A stretch of DNA of 64,000 nt from the NCBI RefSeq assembly GCF_006345805.1, contig NC_042999.1, positions 84,754,001-84,818,000 of the forward strand, in the 5' to 3' direction. The notes beneath the pieces were generated by a model. It ran no database searches. It was not told the DNA's origin and saw only the letters and a program-made list of their open reading frames with translations. This stretch comes from Octopus sinensis (taxonomy: Eukaryota). Positions 41,150 through 56,063 of this stretch are shown in pieces. The translations under genes were made by a program, and so were the position numbers. How positions within the stretch are numbered: the stretch's first letter is position 1; every line of letters starts with the position of its first letter.

Positions 41150-42350
41150 TATTGTAAAAATTGTTAGAATTTACAGCAGATCCACAAGTTGTAGAATATA
41201 TGTACCTTCTTTATCGTTGTACGTTTGGAAACTAAAAGAGAATAATAAAATATAATATGAATATGAATATAAATATAAACTATGCAATAGTAGATAATTC
41301 CATGCATATATGAATTGTCTTTAGATATTCTTCCAGTGACCAGCAGAAAATTATAACATTACTATGCAATAGTTCTGATGCTCAACAGAATAAACTATTA
41401 GGCAACGTACAGCAGATATTAGAACTAATTCATTTTTTAATTATAATCTAAATTGCAAGCATGGTAAATATTTTGATGACACAATAACAGTAGAAATTAA
41501 ATTATCTTGTGAAAATCAATGATAGTTTAGAGACACAACGATAATTTAGAGACACCCAGAAATACATCAACTATATTTGTAACAGCTTCAAATATAAAAC
41601 AATTTATCAAGTCAATAGAAAGACATCTAAAAACTGGAACAAATGAATGATATATCAAAACCTATTTAACGTGTTTAGATCCAAGATAACAAAAGATAAT
41701 TTGATGAAAGAATGTAGGTGACGTAAACAACAGACATCAACTAATGAATAAGAGACACACAAATATAGGACAATAACAAAGCAGGATACATCGTGCAAAA
41801 TAGGATAATTTTATGCAAAAATAAGTAGGGACTGAACTACTCATGAAAAAGCCAATTAGTAACGATATTTCCGTTAAAAATCGGGGAAGCAAGAACAAGA
41901 CATGAAAATATATGCTAATAAACAAGTGCTAAACATAAGAATGTAAAGCGGAATATTCAACAAACGACCTCGAATGCGAAATAACTACATATCAACGATG
42001 AGTTTAGAAGAACAAGGTACTATCGATATAATAAACATGTTGATCCAACAACTAAGGAATCCATCAATGAATCAGTGACACATATATAATGATGTAGTAT
42101 AAAAAAGATGTGATTATGCAACAATCATTTCTCATTATTCTTTAAGTTGGCTAATGGCAAATAATATACAGACATGTTATTTCTGAAAAGCGGGAACTAG
42201 GATTTGCATATAAACGATAACAAAGCCGACCAATGAGAAATTAGATCAACCATCAAATTAGCGAAAGAAACAGAAGTAGCCTTAGAAAACACCTAAAAAA
42301 CAGCATCGAACATTAGCTAATATAAAATGTGCTTAATCCAATGGATGCCA
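41150..42350 (+). mobile_element. Possible very old LINE relic
   Basis: Long A-rich strand-biased stretch with EIRSTIKLAK-like residue; not firmly assignable. Confidence 0.3.
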
Positions 42351-43016
42351 TTCAGCTGAAATACCGGAAAAAAAGAGTTGATGATTAGTTGTCTGTTTTA
42401 AACGGAATCTTCTGAAATATATTTGGCTTTGTCTACGTGTAAATCAAATTATAAAATAATTTGCAACCCAAAATGAAAAAGACTAAAATATTTACTTACC
42501 TCCACAATTATTAAATATAATTACGTGAACAAACTTTAAAAAGTGAATTGAAACAAATGCTATGAGGAAATTGATTTAGTAAAACTCTCGATAAAATAAA
42601 TCTAGAGGAAAAAGTCTAGCGATGTCTATAGAGGAGTAAACATTTTTTTCATTCCTCATGATTTCCTCCTGATAACGCTGCATTTAAATCATAAGATTTC
42701 ACTCTCTGTAGAAAAATAGATGAAAGTATTAAAGGTAATTTGAAGTGTTTATTTCCATATGTGATGAAAATAATACGGAAGGATATCGACGTTACTGTTG
42801 AGAATTGGGAAGACATGTTTTCATGATTTGATTTTTTAAGAAGTTCCTGAAGTCAGTTTATTTACGGAATTTACTTTCAATTAAATTATAAAGTTCTATT
42901 CATATAACAAGTGCGCGCATGTGCGTGTGCATAAGAATCTGCATGTATGTTAGTGTGACTCTTCTTTACAAGTGTTATGCATCTTTGTGTACGTTATACA
43001 TGTATATATATTATAT

Positions 43017-43078
<62 letters not shown>

Positions 43079-43700
43079 ATATATATATAGATAGATAGAT
43101 AGATACATACATACATACATACATACATACATACATACATACATACATAAAACTTACTTGGGAGGGGATGCATGGCGTTCAATCATATAATAATATAAAT
43201 AATATATATATATATATATATAAATATATATATATATTTATATATATATATAGAATCAGTGTGTCGACAAAAGAATTACTCGTCCATTTGCTCATCTGGT
43301 CAACTAAAATATTAATTTTTCCTATTCAGTCGATTTAAATGTTTGTTTCATTCATTTTTCACTTTGTATTCATTTCAATTTAAAATTTAGATTCTTGCAA
43401 TGTTAGAGAGTCAAAACATTGTAGATTTTAGCCAGAGAACAAAAACCACAAGATGTAGAATGGAATAATATGAATGTACTTACGTATAGCAACATTTTAC
43501 ACTGTCAAACTAAAGCAATATATGACTGGTTCATATTACAGCTGTATCTCAGAGACAAGTTTTTTGTATTTAGTATTAAATAGTAAGAATTCAAAAAGAA
43601 CGAAAGCTTCGAATAATGCGAAAAGGAATTTGAATAAACTTCATATACAAACACAAAGGCCCATTGTAATTAGAAATGTGAATTTATTTACGTCTTTGCT

Positions 43701-43745
<45 letters not shown>

Positions 43746-45139
43746 TATAAATATATATGACAAAGAGCTATACTCGAAACGTTATAAACATATTCTTTTT
43801 TCCACCTTTACCGATACATTTCATGTGTACCTCCTTTTCACTTATGTTGTTTTGATATTTGTGATTTTTAATTTTTTAATTTCTATATGCCTCTGTGTGT
43901 GTGTGTGTGTGTGTGTGTCTGTGTGTGTGTCTGTTCTCAAAGGCATACCCACATGCACCTTTCAACATTAATTGGCTAGGTGATGATCTTGCTAAATGCT
44001 CTTGCTTGTGGCATGTTTCTCCTATCAACGAAACATCAGCAACACTAATCCTGAAATCCTAACCAGGAAAGCTTTACACATTGGAAACGGCGCCTCTGCA
44101 CTCACTATTACTACTTCAGCCGTCAGTTAAACCCACTAGTATTAACATCACCGTTACCACTCACTGTGGATAATATTCTTAACTCTGTCACCATAACCAT
44201 CAATTCAAATACCATCACAGCTATCTTTCTGCAAACACTACTACTTTAACGTCAAACGCCAACCATTAATACTCACAAAACATTAATACCATAGATATCA
44301 ATGCCACAGTCTCTATCACACTAGAATCAGTGACACACATCCACACACACACTGCTATAAAATAATAAAACAACTATACAAGTACTCGCTCACAACATCA
44401 CAATCGTCCACTATCGTTCTATCAACTTTTTATGACTTATGACAGTATATCTCATTGGTAGCTTTGGTTCCTTCAGTGATGGTGACTAACGTATGACAGG
44501 CAATATATGTTCGTCAATGTTTCAATGTTTTTATGTGTATTTATGTGTTACAGACTGAGTGTTAAATCCTTATGCATAAGAATCTAATAATAAAAAAGGT
44601 TCTCAAATATAAAAAAAAGGCATAAAAGCAACATTAGCAAAACCGAAGAATTTTTAAAAATAAGCATAAAACACAAACAGTTGCACAAACACACTTTCAT
44701 GGATACACATATATTTGCATGTGTATATGTGTCTATATGTGTACACACACTCGCGCGCACACACACACACACACATACACACACACATATATATATAGAC
44801 ATTATGTATGTATGTATGAATCTAAGGCAAAACCTTTGATATATATTCACGAAACAAACACGCTATCTTAAAAATAGGATGTTTGGTTATAAAAGTAATT
44901 AGGTTTTCCATGTGATGAATATTTCATATATATACTTTGTTAAAATTAATTCTATATATTAATAAATAAATGTGTTTTGTGTGAATGAGTATGTGCATAT
45001 GAACATGAAAGCGGTTTCTGAAAAATCATGTGTGTGTGTGTGTCGTTTCCGTTAAATAAGATTATACAGAAAACAGTTTTTTCATCAGCTGTGGTAATTG
45101 TACTCGAGGAAGAGTCCGTAGCAAGTCCACTCTTCACTG

Positions 45140-45470
45140 TCGAGTAGAGAGCAATTTTCCTATTTCATAAAGATCTTTTATGGTTGAGGTGTGATTTAAA
45201 TTTGTTTTACTAATTCTCGGGTAGTTTGCTTTGGATTTTCCTCATTTTTCAGAAGTTCAGTATTGACAAGTGTTTTGTCGTCCTGAACGAAGGGCCGCTG
45301 CAAGAGAAAAAAAACCTGAGTGAAACTGGCCAAATCATCGTTGACACGTGCGGTCACTTAAGGCTTCATTTCCTTAGACAGAAGAAATATTTCTTGCTGC
45401 TTCCACTGCCGAAGCGCCTCTTTTGAAGTCATACAGCTTGCAGTATCTGATACAGGTCTGATCTAAACTC
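45140..45470 (-). mobile_element. mariner transposase N-terminal HTH fragment
   Basis: IRYCKLYDFKRGASAVEAARNISSV*GNEALSDRTCQR*FGQFHSG..RSGR...EENPKQTTREL matches Mos1/Hsmar1-type N-termini. Confidence 0.88.
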
Positions 45471-45639
45471 ATTTTAAAAGCGATAAAATATTGCAATGGT
45501 GTATGTATGAAGTGATTTGTAATGATAGGAATAGCAAACTTTAAAATGTAAAAAATTAATACGTATTTTCCGATAAGTATTGAAAAAGTATTTTCAAAAT
45601 GATCATGTCAAAAATGCAACAGAATTTTGTTTCTAACTT

Positions 45640-45990
45640 AACAGAAGACACTTGTCCAAGGTGTTGCGCAGTATGAAACTGCATAGTTCTAAAGCGACTT
45701 TGTAAGCCATGCAGCCCTGTCTGCGCTACTACATGCATGAATATGCCTCTGTATCATGCTGTCAATAATTGTTTTATATGCCTGTGTAGTAGCTAGTAGA
45801 TACGCACAAATCACTTGATCCAGCGGAACACCGACGTTGTTTCCAGCGTTCAAGTGTACCAAACGACTCCTGGTTGGTATTCGGTTGGTATGCATTTTCA
45901 TTTGAGTGAATTGAATCATCATAAAATGAAGCACTTTGCTGAAAGACACAACGAATCGAAGCCACGATGCTATCATCTCGAGATCAACAC
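45640..45990 (-). mobile_element. Two old SINE fragments with CORE-like blocks
   Basis: agaagacacttgtccaaggtg (family C) and atgaagcactttgctgaaagacacaac (cf. 26170-26197). Confidence 0.55.
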
Positions 45991-47569
45991 TAACAATTAC
46001 GCCACACACTTTCACACACAAACACATACAGAAATATGATTAATATATTATCATATACTTTATACATGTGTGTATCTGTGTGTACGCGTGGGAGTATTAC
46101 ATATCAAGTATTAACAAATGATTGTTGCCATAGCGACTGGCAATATGGCTCGGAGTAGTTGTGAGCTATTGTGATTATTTTTAAAAGTTTTGTTAATGTG
46201 TCAGATCTGAGGCTAGTGTTAGCTGCTAGACTGCTTGTCGACTGTTTAAAACATATTTCTCTATCATGGCGATTGTTGTTTAACATAGTGTCTATATTTT
46301 ATCATGGCGAAATAGTTATCATCTCCTATCTGCAATTATGACGTGTATTTTTTCACAGGGCGAGTATGTTTTGCTATATTATCTCTACTAATATACGATG
46401 TCTGCTTTACCAGACGTCAGTGCTAAGTTGATGTCGCATCTAATGTCACCACAGATAAACGGCTTTAATTTCCCCTCCATTTCTGACTCTCTCTTTCTCT
46501 CTCTCTCTCTTTTTCTCTCTCTCTCGCTCTCTCTCGCTCTCTCTCTTTCTCTCTGTCTCTCGCTCTCATTATCTCCCTCCGTCTTTCTTTCTTCGATGCA
46601 TCTAGTCTTCACTTTTGCAAAAGAGATTTCAAAAACACGACGTATTGAGAGAGAAGATAAAATGTTGCTCTATTTATGAGAAAACAGTTTTATCTGTGGG
46701 TCAGGATAGTTGATGTGGTATTTAATTATGTATGTTTGTTTACTATAGCTGATTACAGCGTTGGATGCGGTGGCCGTTGTAGTGGTGGTCATGATGGTAT
46801 TGGTGATGATGCTAACGGTATTGTTGGTAACGATTCCAATGCTACCGATAGAAGTTTGATTATTCTGATTATCTATTAACACTGATTATCTATTAGTGTT
46901 ACATTGTTTGCCGGTTTCATAATTCTAAAAATTCATATTAGTTTGTGTGTGTGTGTGTATGTCTGTGTGTGTGTGCGCGCACGTTCGAGTGTGTGTGTGT
47001 CTACCGAATAACCTCCGCTTTATCACCCTCTCTTTCTACATCACAACTCACAAAACCCCTAATGACTATTACCCCCTTGATGTAATAAACAGACTCATCA
47101 AAGTATATATGAAGTAAAAAATTTAAAACAGAGGAGACAGACAGACAGACAAATACAGACATGTGTTCGACTTATACATTACATACTGCCAACTATTTCA
47201 CAAATCCTACTAGAGAGCAAAATAAAGGTTACATTCGAAGAATATAGTCCCCAGTACACAAAACACTAGGATTGTCTTAACTGGAATGCCGTCATCTTGA
47301 TTTTTGTTCTATTGTTTCTTATCTATAATTATACAACAACTAAGTTTACCTCACTAAAGTGAAAGGAAGAAGTCTGCGTTGGCCCTCAACACCATAGAAA
47401 TAGCAGTGAAAATTTTGTCAAACCAAATCTAACCTTTGAAAATAGGAAACGAAATACTGGAAATGATACTTTGCTGAAGAAATATAGAAATCATGGCTTA
47501 TTCTATATACATACATACAAGATAAATGTTCATTCGTAATTGTCAACCGAGGAAAGATTGTCGACCATG

Positions 47570-48547
47570 TACATCTACGTCTTTTGTATCACCCCTATCT
47601 TTAATGATGATGCTGCCGTCACTAAAGCCTGGATAAAAAAAGCGTACATCTGTAGACTCCAGTAAATATGGAACTTACAATTATATCATCGAATGCTTTT
47701 TTAGTGCCAGTGCTAGTACCAACATTTAGGTATTACCAGACAGTTGACGGGATGCGCAGTCTGGATATCAAGACCTGAAAGGTACTGACCACCACTGAGA
47801 GACAAGGCTTTGGCCGAAGTAGTATAAGGTCAGTCCAAGCAGCCTTTGAATGTCGCATTGTATCACTCAGACAACACCTGATATCAAAGAAAGAAACAAA
47901 TACATTCCATGTATACTCAAATGTGAAAGCAACATCTTCAGAGATGGAAAAGAACTACTGAGCAAATACTCTGAGTATACAGCTGTCTCATGTAAACCAA
48001 ATAATCTGGACTGACCTACCTAAACAGAAGAATCATCATATCAGCAAAAAGCAGTGCATGGATACATATCCCGTAAACTAGAGGATAATAACTGTACTGA
48101 CAGGAAGTGTAGCCTCTTCTGAACCTGTCATAGATACATTACATCCCACTCGGAAAGATATGTCTTCACAATCCAGGGACAGGAGATAGCTACTAAATAC
48201 TTGATAAAGAAAAGGGACAAAGATACTAACAAACCACCATGTTTTCATAAAAATATCGTCTCTGATATATCAGTGTTGAATATATCAACTATAGCAGAAG
48301 CTACATTAGACTGTATACGAGAGACTACCTGCCTTGAGGATTGATATAGTCGCAAAGACTAGTAACAATGCTATCTCGCAGGAAGGATGCCCAGGTATAT
48401 ACATCAAAGGCATGTCAGAACAAACAGATATTGAAACAGCAATTCGATATAAATATAACCGACTGATATTGATCTGTGAAACAGAGAAAAAATCGCCGTG
48501 CACTGTTGTAGAGGTCAGCCGCCCGGTGTATGTGAATGTGCGCAGCC

Positions 48548-48580
<33 letters not shown>

Positions 48581-49454
48581 TGTATGTATGTATGTATGTA
48601 TGTATGTATGTATGTATGTATGCATGATTTTTCTTTTGTGTTTTAAGTTCTTCTTAAGAGAGTTCAAGCCGGCAAGAATTCTTGTCAAAGTGACAACACT
48701 TTTTGAGCTAAGAGTGTTCCCAGTATTTGTAAATACGCAGCTGTGTTGTTGTGCTGGATGAGCTGTCGATGCCCAGGTGTGTGCAGCTATTCACCTAAGA
48801 AATCTCAGATGGAATGTCTTTGGAATATCTCTCAAATCTTCACTTTGCCAATACGGTAGAAGCCATAGCCACTCATATTAAAAAAAAGACTATTGGTGGA
48901 ATATCTCAGTGAAGACCGCAATAAAATTTAAGCACAACAGACCAAATATAATGATTTGAGACTGAGAAGAGAAACCGTGTATAGTTATGGAAATTAGATG
49001 CCCGGCGGATGTTAACATAAAGCTGAAGATCAGTGAAAAAGAAAACACCTATGCTGAACTATTGAGAAATCTGCAGTTACTCTATCTAGATTACAAGTTT
49101 AGGTTTATACCTGTAATTATTGGAGCCCTGGTATATAAAACACACTGCCTAAATACCAATCTTGAGAAATTAAGCTTCTCAAAACTAGAAAACAAAAAGC
49201 CAATTCGAACACTACAGATCCAATCCATCATTGGAAATGGAAAAATCTGTTAAACTTTCCAGAGGTTTATCATTTAGATATATATATATGTCTAGCTGTG
49301 TAACTATATGCATGGAAATACATAAAGCAAAACATACAAATCTACGCATATACATATATATATACATACATACACACATACATATATACATACATGTATG
49401 CATACATACATACACACACGCATACATACACACACACCTACATACATACATACA

Positions 49455-49488
<34 letters not shown>

Positions 49489-49600
49489 CAAAAATACCCT
49501 GTTGCTGATGTTGAAATTCCAATAAAGGAACCATGGGATCTAGGTTAAAAACTGGTTCTTTCTCTTTTGGCAAGAAATCTTGAAATAAACTGAATAATGA
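47570..49600 (+). mobile_element. Decayed REL-endonuclease LINE (R4-like) 3' half, interrupted at ~48300-48790
   Basis: NAFLVPVLVPTF, SLDIKT*KVLT, QQKAVHGY, FTIQGQEIATKY; then KHNRPNI..CIVMEIRCPADVNIKLKISEKENTY...IPVIIGAL; putative 3' UTR to ~49600. Confidence 0.8.
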
Positions 49601-50584
49601 CATGACATACATACATACATACATAATTCATACATAAATTCTGAATTTTTTGTAAATGTTTTATCTATTTTGAAAGAGTGCATGAACACCATAGTGTACT
49701 CGGTGACACAGCGGAAAGTATGCGGATAAGATCACTCAATTTTATTTATATATTTATTTATTTTTCAAGTCGAAATTGGTAATTTCGTTATTGAATTAGT
49801 CTATCGTGTATCTAGTATAAATCAACACTGGGTATATATGAAACAGTAATAAACTTTTTGTAATTCTTAGATCAAAACTATGTGCCGACTATACAAATTA
49901 AATTTTAGTGTGGGACATTACTCATATATTTTTCTTTGTAGTTCAGAATATTAGGTAGACTTCGTGTGAAGACAAGAATGACCACACTAATATTTGAGTT
50001 TTGCTATATTTTATTAACCCATATCGTTTATATTTACATGTGCAAATATGAATAATTTAATGGAACAGCGTTCACATAACAACGAACAAAATAGGTATTT
50101 TCTGTAATACAATATAATAGACAATATTATTAAAGAAGTTCATAGTTATCGAAGACAAAGTTAGTACAAAGAATTTGGATTAATGCATGTAATCAATGTG
50201 TGTTACTCGGCATTACATTTTCATGTTGGTGTTTGCGTCAGATAGGATATAAGCTCATTAAATAAGAAAATGTGAAAGATGTCGGGAGTGAAATTCACTG
50301 AACAGAGCAACATAGTTAATTGTGATTTGGTGAGTGGCTCTGATCTCAGACGGAATTTTCCTACTTTTTTTCCTATTCTAAGCCACATTTTCCAGAACCT
50401 TTGACAAACAGCTTGGCGAGAAAACTCGAAGTGCAAACTATATAATACAGCATTTGCTGACGTATATATAAGTATATATTGCACATACGCGCGCGCTCAC
50501 ACACACGCATATATACTTACATACATATATATATATGTTTGTATGTATGTACGTATGCATGCATGTATGTATGTGTAGTAAGTT

Positions 50585-52330
50585 TATGCTTCCTCTTTGG
50601 AATTGTACCGGTGAGACCATTTGGTTCCACTCCCTTTCTGATAAATCACATACCCATTTCCTTCAGTTTGACATTTCCAAAGACTATGCTCCCTTACAAC
50701 CTATTCTTTTAAATAAGGCCCTAATCTTTGCAAGGAAGTACACACATATTTGCCGCTCTGACATCCACATCATTCTGGCAGCTTATGTACTTCAATAATA
50801 TTATTGGTCCCGTAACTAGTCTGTTGACTTATTAGAAACAAGCGTGGGCTCATCCGATACCGCCCAGCTTACTGACCTGGCCCACCTCCTTCTTTCCCAG
50901 ATGAACAAACATTTCTCCAACCTCTCCGGAGGTCTGTTCAGGAATGATACATCCCTTACAGTGACCGGCTTATCTCCACTTTCAGTTGAACGTAAATGAA
51001 TAACACTCCATATATTCTTTAAAAATTATAACATGACTATTGCTTTTGAAAATAACACCAAAGTAACTTATTTCTTAGATGCCACACTCAACTTGCATGC
51101 AAACTTACATTAACCCAATGAATCACTACAATATAACAATGACCTATCCAGTTACTCTGCACTTACCTTAACAGCATCGGCAACCGTATCTCTATAAGCA
51201 AATGAAGACATCTTTAACAATCATACCCTATATGATAACCAAGGTCTCTAGATCAGTGGTTTCCACCAAGATTTCTGATATTCCCCACACTAAATTTAGA
51301 ACTAAACTCGCTCTTCTCTTTCCTAACAGGGATCCTGACCCCACTAAACATACTTCAACCCATTTATACTCCATCAAAGTACAACTAAATCCCCTAATGC
51401 ACCGTACTCGCCCCCCCTCCCCATGGTTATCTCGAAGATGCAAAGAACTCCAGCCTCCACATGTCCACCCATCCATTATACCTCCACGCTCTAAGCCTTC
51501 CAAGGCCAAGAAGCGGGATATGTTATGGTTCGCGTTACCTTTCTCCCTTCAAGTTAAATCCCTACCTAAGCTTTCCTTTAAATTACTAAACTCCAGTTTG
51601 CCACCACAATATAGATATTACCTACCTTGAACAAATCTTCAATTAAAATTTCCAATTCCACCACACCTAATTTAGGATCCATTACTGCCTGAACCCCACC
51701 CCACAAGTTTGGTACCAATAATACAATCCTTAGAAACTTTGCCCGACTCCATATTACCAACCATAATGTTCGTTTCCAAACTACCACCAACATGACCACA
51801 TATAACAGCAGTGAGCCCCTCCTGGAAAAACATCGGTACTTCTTTGGCGGTAACTGACCATACGAACCAGACCTCTGCAGAGATCAATTCCAATCCCAAC
51901 GCTAGTAGGAAAACCTAAAATTTCCGGGTCTCCCAACTGTGTGCACACAGAGCTTTCTGTCTACTCAATACACTAGGCTATAAATGCAAGGTAATAACGC
52001 CACGTGCCCACCAGGAAAGGCTTTATATTGTCGGCACTTTATATTGTAAATATGAGTAAATATGAGTAAATATAAATACTTTTTCTAATCGTACCTCTAA
52101 ACTATCTACATCACTAGCAACTTACATAAACAACCTCAGATCCCAAAATATTCCCTATGCCCTATCCTCGTTCATTATTTGTAAGACTACCCCATAATAC
52201 TCTTTTAACTTTGTAAATTTTGTTTAAGAGAATCGTTCGCCACCCTCCGCCACCACAACCCCACATTATGTAATAGATTTTCAGATGTAATCATCGCCAC
52301 CGCCCCACACTTATCCTTCGAATTCCTTGC
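50585..52330 (+). mobile_element. Decayed Penelope-like element (RT + GIY-YIG)
   Basis: WFHSLSDK..FLQFDI..LLNKAL; GSSDTAQLTDL; GLFRND (GLYRDD); TYFLDATLNL; KKRDMLWFALPFSLQVKS (RKRxIIWFNPPYSxxVKT); STSLATYI; CKFCLRE. Confidence 0.85.
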
Positions 52331-52444
52331 CCACCTCCTCCTAAGTTTATCCTCAACAAGAACCACTTAGCACTAGTTTCATCTTGCCATTGCTGCAAAC
52401 CCTTTTTCACTCTCTGACTAAATCTCTCGATTTAATCTCGTACT

Positions 52445-53245
52445 GTAGCTTATAGACCATATTATATGTTGTACTGAGGGATGATGCAGAAACAAGGCAA
52501 CGACTTACACAGGGAAGAAGGCACGTAGCATTGGAGAGCGAACAGATGAACACAGATGGGACCTCAAAGAGGAGAAAATCCGTGCTCTACCAATTGCGCA
52601 ATTAGAACATAGATGTTCGGTTAATAACATAGATATTAAGGAATTATCAACGCATAGAACACATTACAGAGGCCAAACACAAAGTAATAGAAAACAGGAA
52701 TGGAACAATAACATCCACTACTCTACGTAACATAACGACTATAGATAGAATGGCAGAGAAAAAAGACACAGATGCAAAGAGAACAATGCATAAACCCATA
52801 TGCACACACACAAAAGACACACATACACATACCTAAGAATAATGGGGAAAAAATACAGACAATATACTAAGGAAACCCACATACACACATAGAAAACACA
52901 TAGACACGCGTAGACACACACATGCACATACACACACATACACACATAGATACAGAGGCAAACGTATGCACAGGTAAGGACACATACCACGGAAAGACAG
53001 AATGGAGTAAACAGAACAAAATGAAACACGTGTAATGGAGAGTCGCTGAAGAGTTCACAGGATGTATGGCGAAGAATTTCCAGACAAAGGACATAAAATA
53101 AGAACAATAATAAATCTGAAGTGGTGGAAGAATATATAGCGCGTGCGTTTATTTGGCAAGAAGAAAAATGATCATTCCAAAATATAACAATATTTATTTC
53201 AACACACGATTTCACATCAGGAATCTTCAAAACGAATTATTAAAA
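52445..53245 (+). mobile_element. Penelope-like element 3' part (GIY-YIG + terminal repeat), same family as 55545-56885
   Basis: NKATTYTGKKARSIGERTDEHRWDLKE..LEH..NNIDIKELSTHRT..NRKQEWNN; 53135-53245 is homologous to 56773-56885. Confidence 0.88.
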
Positions 53246-53331
53246 ACACACACACACACACACACGAACACTCACACACACACACACATACACACACACA
53301 CAGACACACACACACACACATATATATATAT

Positions 53332-53523
53332 ATGGCCTAGTGGTTAGGGCAGCGGACTTGCGGTCGGAGGATCGCGGTTTCGATTGTGTGTGTTTATTGA
53401 GCGAAAAAAACACCTAAAATCTCCACGAGGCTCCGGCAGGAGGTTGTGATCCCTGCTGTACTCTTTCACCACTCTAAAGGCGGTGCTCCAGCATGGCCGC
53501 AGTCAAATGACTGAAACAAGTAC

Positions 53524-53525
<2 letters not shown>
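53332..53525 (+). mobile_element. Chimeric SINE: head A joined to the family C 3' end
   Basis: tggcctagtggttagggcagcggac...ctgtactctttcaccac then taaaggcggtgctccagcatggccgcagtcaaatgactgaaacaagta. Confidence 0.85.
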
Positions 53526-53587
<62 letters not shown>

Positions 53588-54299
53588 CGTTTATTGTCGC
53601 CTCAGTTCTGCACATACATACACACATACACACACACATATATACAGATATATATATATGTGTGTGTGTGTGCGTGTGTATGTGGGTGTGTACTATAGAT
53701 GTGCACATGTGTGTATATATGCATAGATATATAGATTGATAGATGGATATAAAGAAAGTGACATAGAGAGCAAGACAGACAGACAAACAGACAGGCAAAT
53801 TTTGATATAGAAATAGATAAATATCGAATGATAAGTATTAAATAGACGAATGCGCACATGCATAGATGCTGATAAACAAATAGAAAACTAATATATGAAT
53901 GTATGTGTAGCGTCCTTTGTGTAATGTTGCATGTATATTCATTTGTGTGGTTTGTTATGTGTGCTTGCAAATGTCTATTCAAATATGATATAAGTATAAA
54001 GACTAGACAAGCTTTATATCTTTTGCCCTCGTAACAATAAACACTGTAATAAACACTTTTCTTTTCATAATTGTCTACTCCCCATGGAACATGATAGATA
54101 CTCCCACGTATCTCTAACCATTATGTTTCAGAACACACATACCCACCAGCACGCATGCACAGATACATATATGTTTATACACCGTATGAGCAAACGCATA
54201 GAAACACTTTTAGAAATGTATTGATATGCTTACACACACAAACATTCATACAGATATATATTTATATATATATATACATATTCATAGGCATATATATTC

Positions 54300-54697
54300 T
54301 TTTCTGCTCTAGCCACAAGGCCCGAAATTTTTGGGGAAAGGGAGCCAGTCGATTAGATCGATCCCTGTAGGCAACTGGAACTTAATTTATCGACCCCGAA
54401 AGGATGAAAGGCAAAGTCGACAACAGTAGAATTTGGACTCAGAATGTAAAGACATATGAAATACCTACTTCTTTACTACTCACAAGGGGCTAAACACAGA
54501 GGGGACAAACAAGAACAGACAAACGGATTAAGTCGATTACATCAACCCCAGTGCGTAACTGGTACTTAATTTATCGCCCCCGAAAGAATAAAAGGCAAAG
54601 TCGACCTCGGCGGAATTTGAACTCAAAACGTAACAGCAGACGAAATACGGCTACGAATTTCACCCGGTGTGCTAACTTTTCTGCCAGCTCGACGCCT
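54300..54697 (-). mobile_element. Dimeric/tandem SINE family D
   Basis: Core aactgg.acttaatttatcg.ccccgaaag.at.aaaggcaaagtcgac is present twice (~54373 and ~54557) with two different tails. Confidence 0.88.
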
Positions 54698-54707
54698 TAT
54701 TTATATT

Positions 54708-54717
54708 CATATATATA

Positions 54718-54750
<33 letters not shown>

Positions 54751-54839
54751 AACATACATACATATATATATATATTATATATATATATATACATACATAC
54801 TACATACATACATACATATATACATACATACAACATACA

Positions 54840-54873
<34 letters not shown>

Positions 54874-54948
54874 CATACATACATATATACATACATACAT
54901 ACATATATATATATACATACATATATATATACATACATACATATATAT

Positions 54949-55018
<70 letters not shown>

Positions 55019-55030
55019 CATACATATTTA
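54708..55030. repeat. Compound (TA)n/(TACA)n
   Basis: Direct runs. Confidence 0.95.
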
Positions 55031-55493
55031 TATAATTCCTTACATATATTTGTATATAGTGTTGCATCTGGTTTGTGAACACATACACACACACATAATG
55101 CAAAATTATATTGTCCACCATTGTGCTACCCTAATAAATGTCTCTTTCATACTGCTACTAGTCTATGGTATTAATTGTTGAAGTCAGACGAGTACATCTT
55201 CTCTGATGAGCTGTCAGCTAAGTGTGAGAAAGACAGTCAAGAGACTTCCCATTTTTTTCTGCTGATCAGTAACAGTATGAATATGTATATATTCTTATTT
55301 AATCGAAAGATTTGAAATGTTGAAATTTATTGCAGTTTTTTTTTTTATCTAACTTACACTGTTTTTTCATATAGTCCACACTCATATGTATATACCTACT
55401 ATACTCATGAGTATACTAACTACACTCATGTATTTAGTCATCTTTCTATTCCACCAGATATACGTATATGCGTGTGTCTATTTGTGTGTGTAT

Positions 55494-55539
<46 letters not shown>

Positions 55540-55662
55540 TATATATTGTTATATTTCGGAATGGTCATATTGCCAGTTTAGCAATAAAAACACACGCACT
55601 ATATATTGGTGTTATTTTGCTTCAGTGATATTTATTTTTTACATTAATCTTAATCTTATTTC

Positions 55663-55707
55663 GGCCAAAGTTCTTTCGTCACACTCCTGTGACCGCATCA
55701 GTGGTCC
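55663..55707 (-). ncRNA. Degenerate minimal hammerhead motif in Penelope pLTR; paralogue at 53041-53085 (+)
   Basis: GGACCA-CTGATGC-G-GTCACA-ggag-TGTGAC-GAAAG-AA-CTT-TGGCC; the paralogue keeps CTGAAGA. Confidence 0.55.
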
Positions 55708-56024
55708 TTTGTTTTCTTCTCACTTACTTGTGTCTCTCCTTACTAACCGTCAGCCATTTTGTATTTCTATTGTATGTCTTCATTTGCGCATGCTTATATC
55801 TCTATGTGCGTCTATGTTTATTTAGCGTGTGTGTGGGGGGGATGCCTGTAATATTTGTATCTTCTGGTTATATACATTCTTGTAATTTGTATTTTGTTTT
55901 TGTTGTTGTTGCTTTTGTTCTAATTTTGTTCATGTGTTTACATCCACCCATTATTATCATTACATATGCTTGTATGTATGTATAACAACAATATTAGTAA
56001 TAATAATAATAAATCTAATCGAAA

Positions 56025-56063
<39 letters not shown>

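Noticed and set aside
46340-46372. Possible microexon ttttttcacag|GGCGA|gtatgt
   Set aside because: Five nucleotides, not frame-preserving, and no gene context to support it.
55180-55250. Hammerhead-like CTGATGAG...GAAAGACAGTC
   Set aside because: Stem II does not close next to GAAA, and stems I and III pair poorly.
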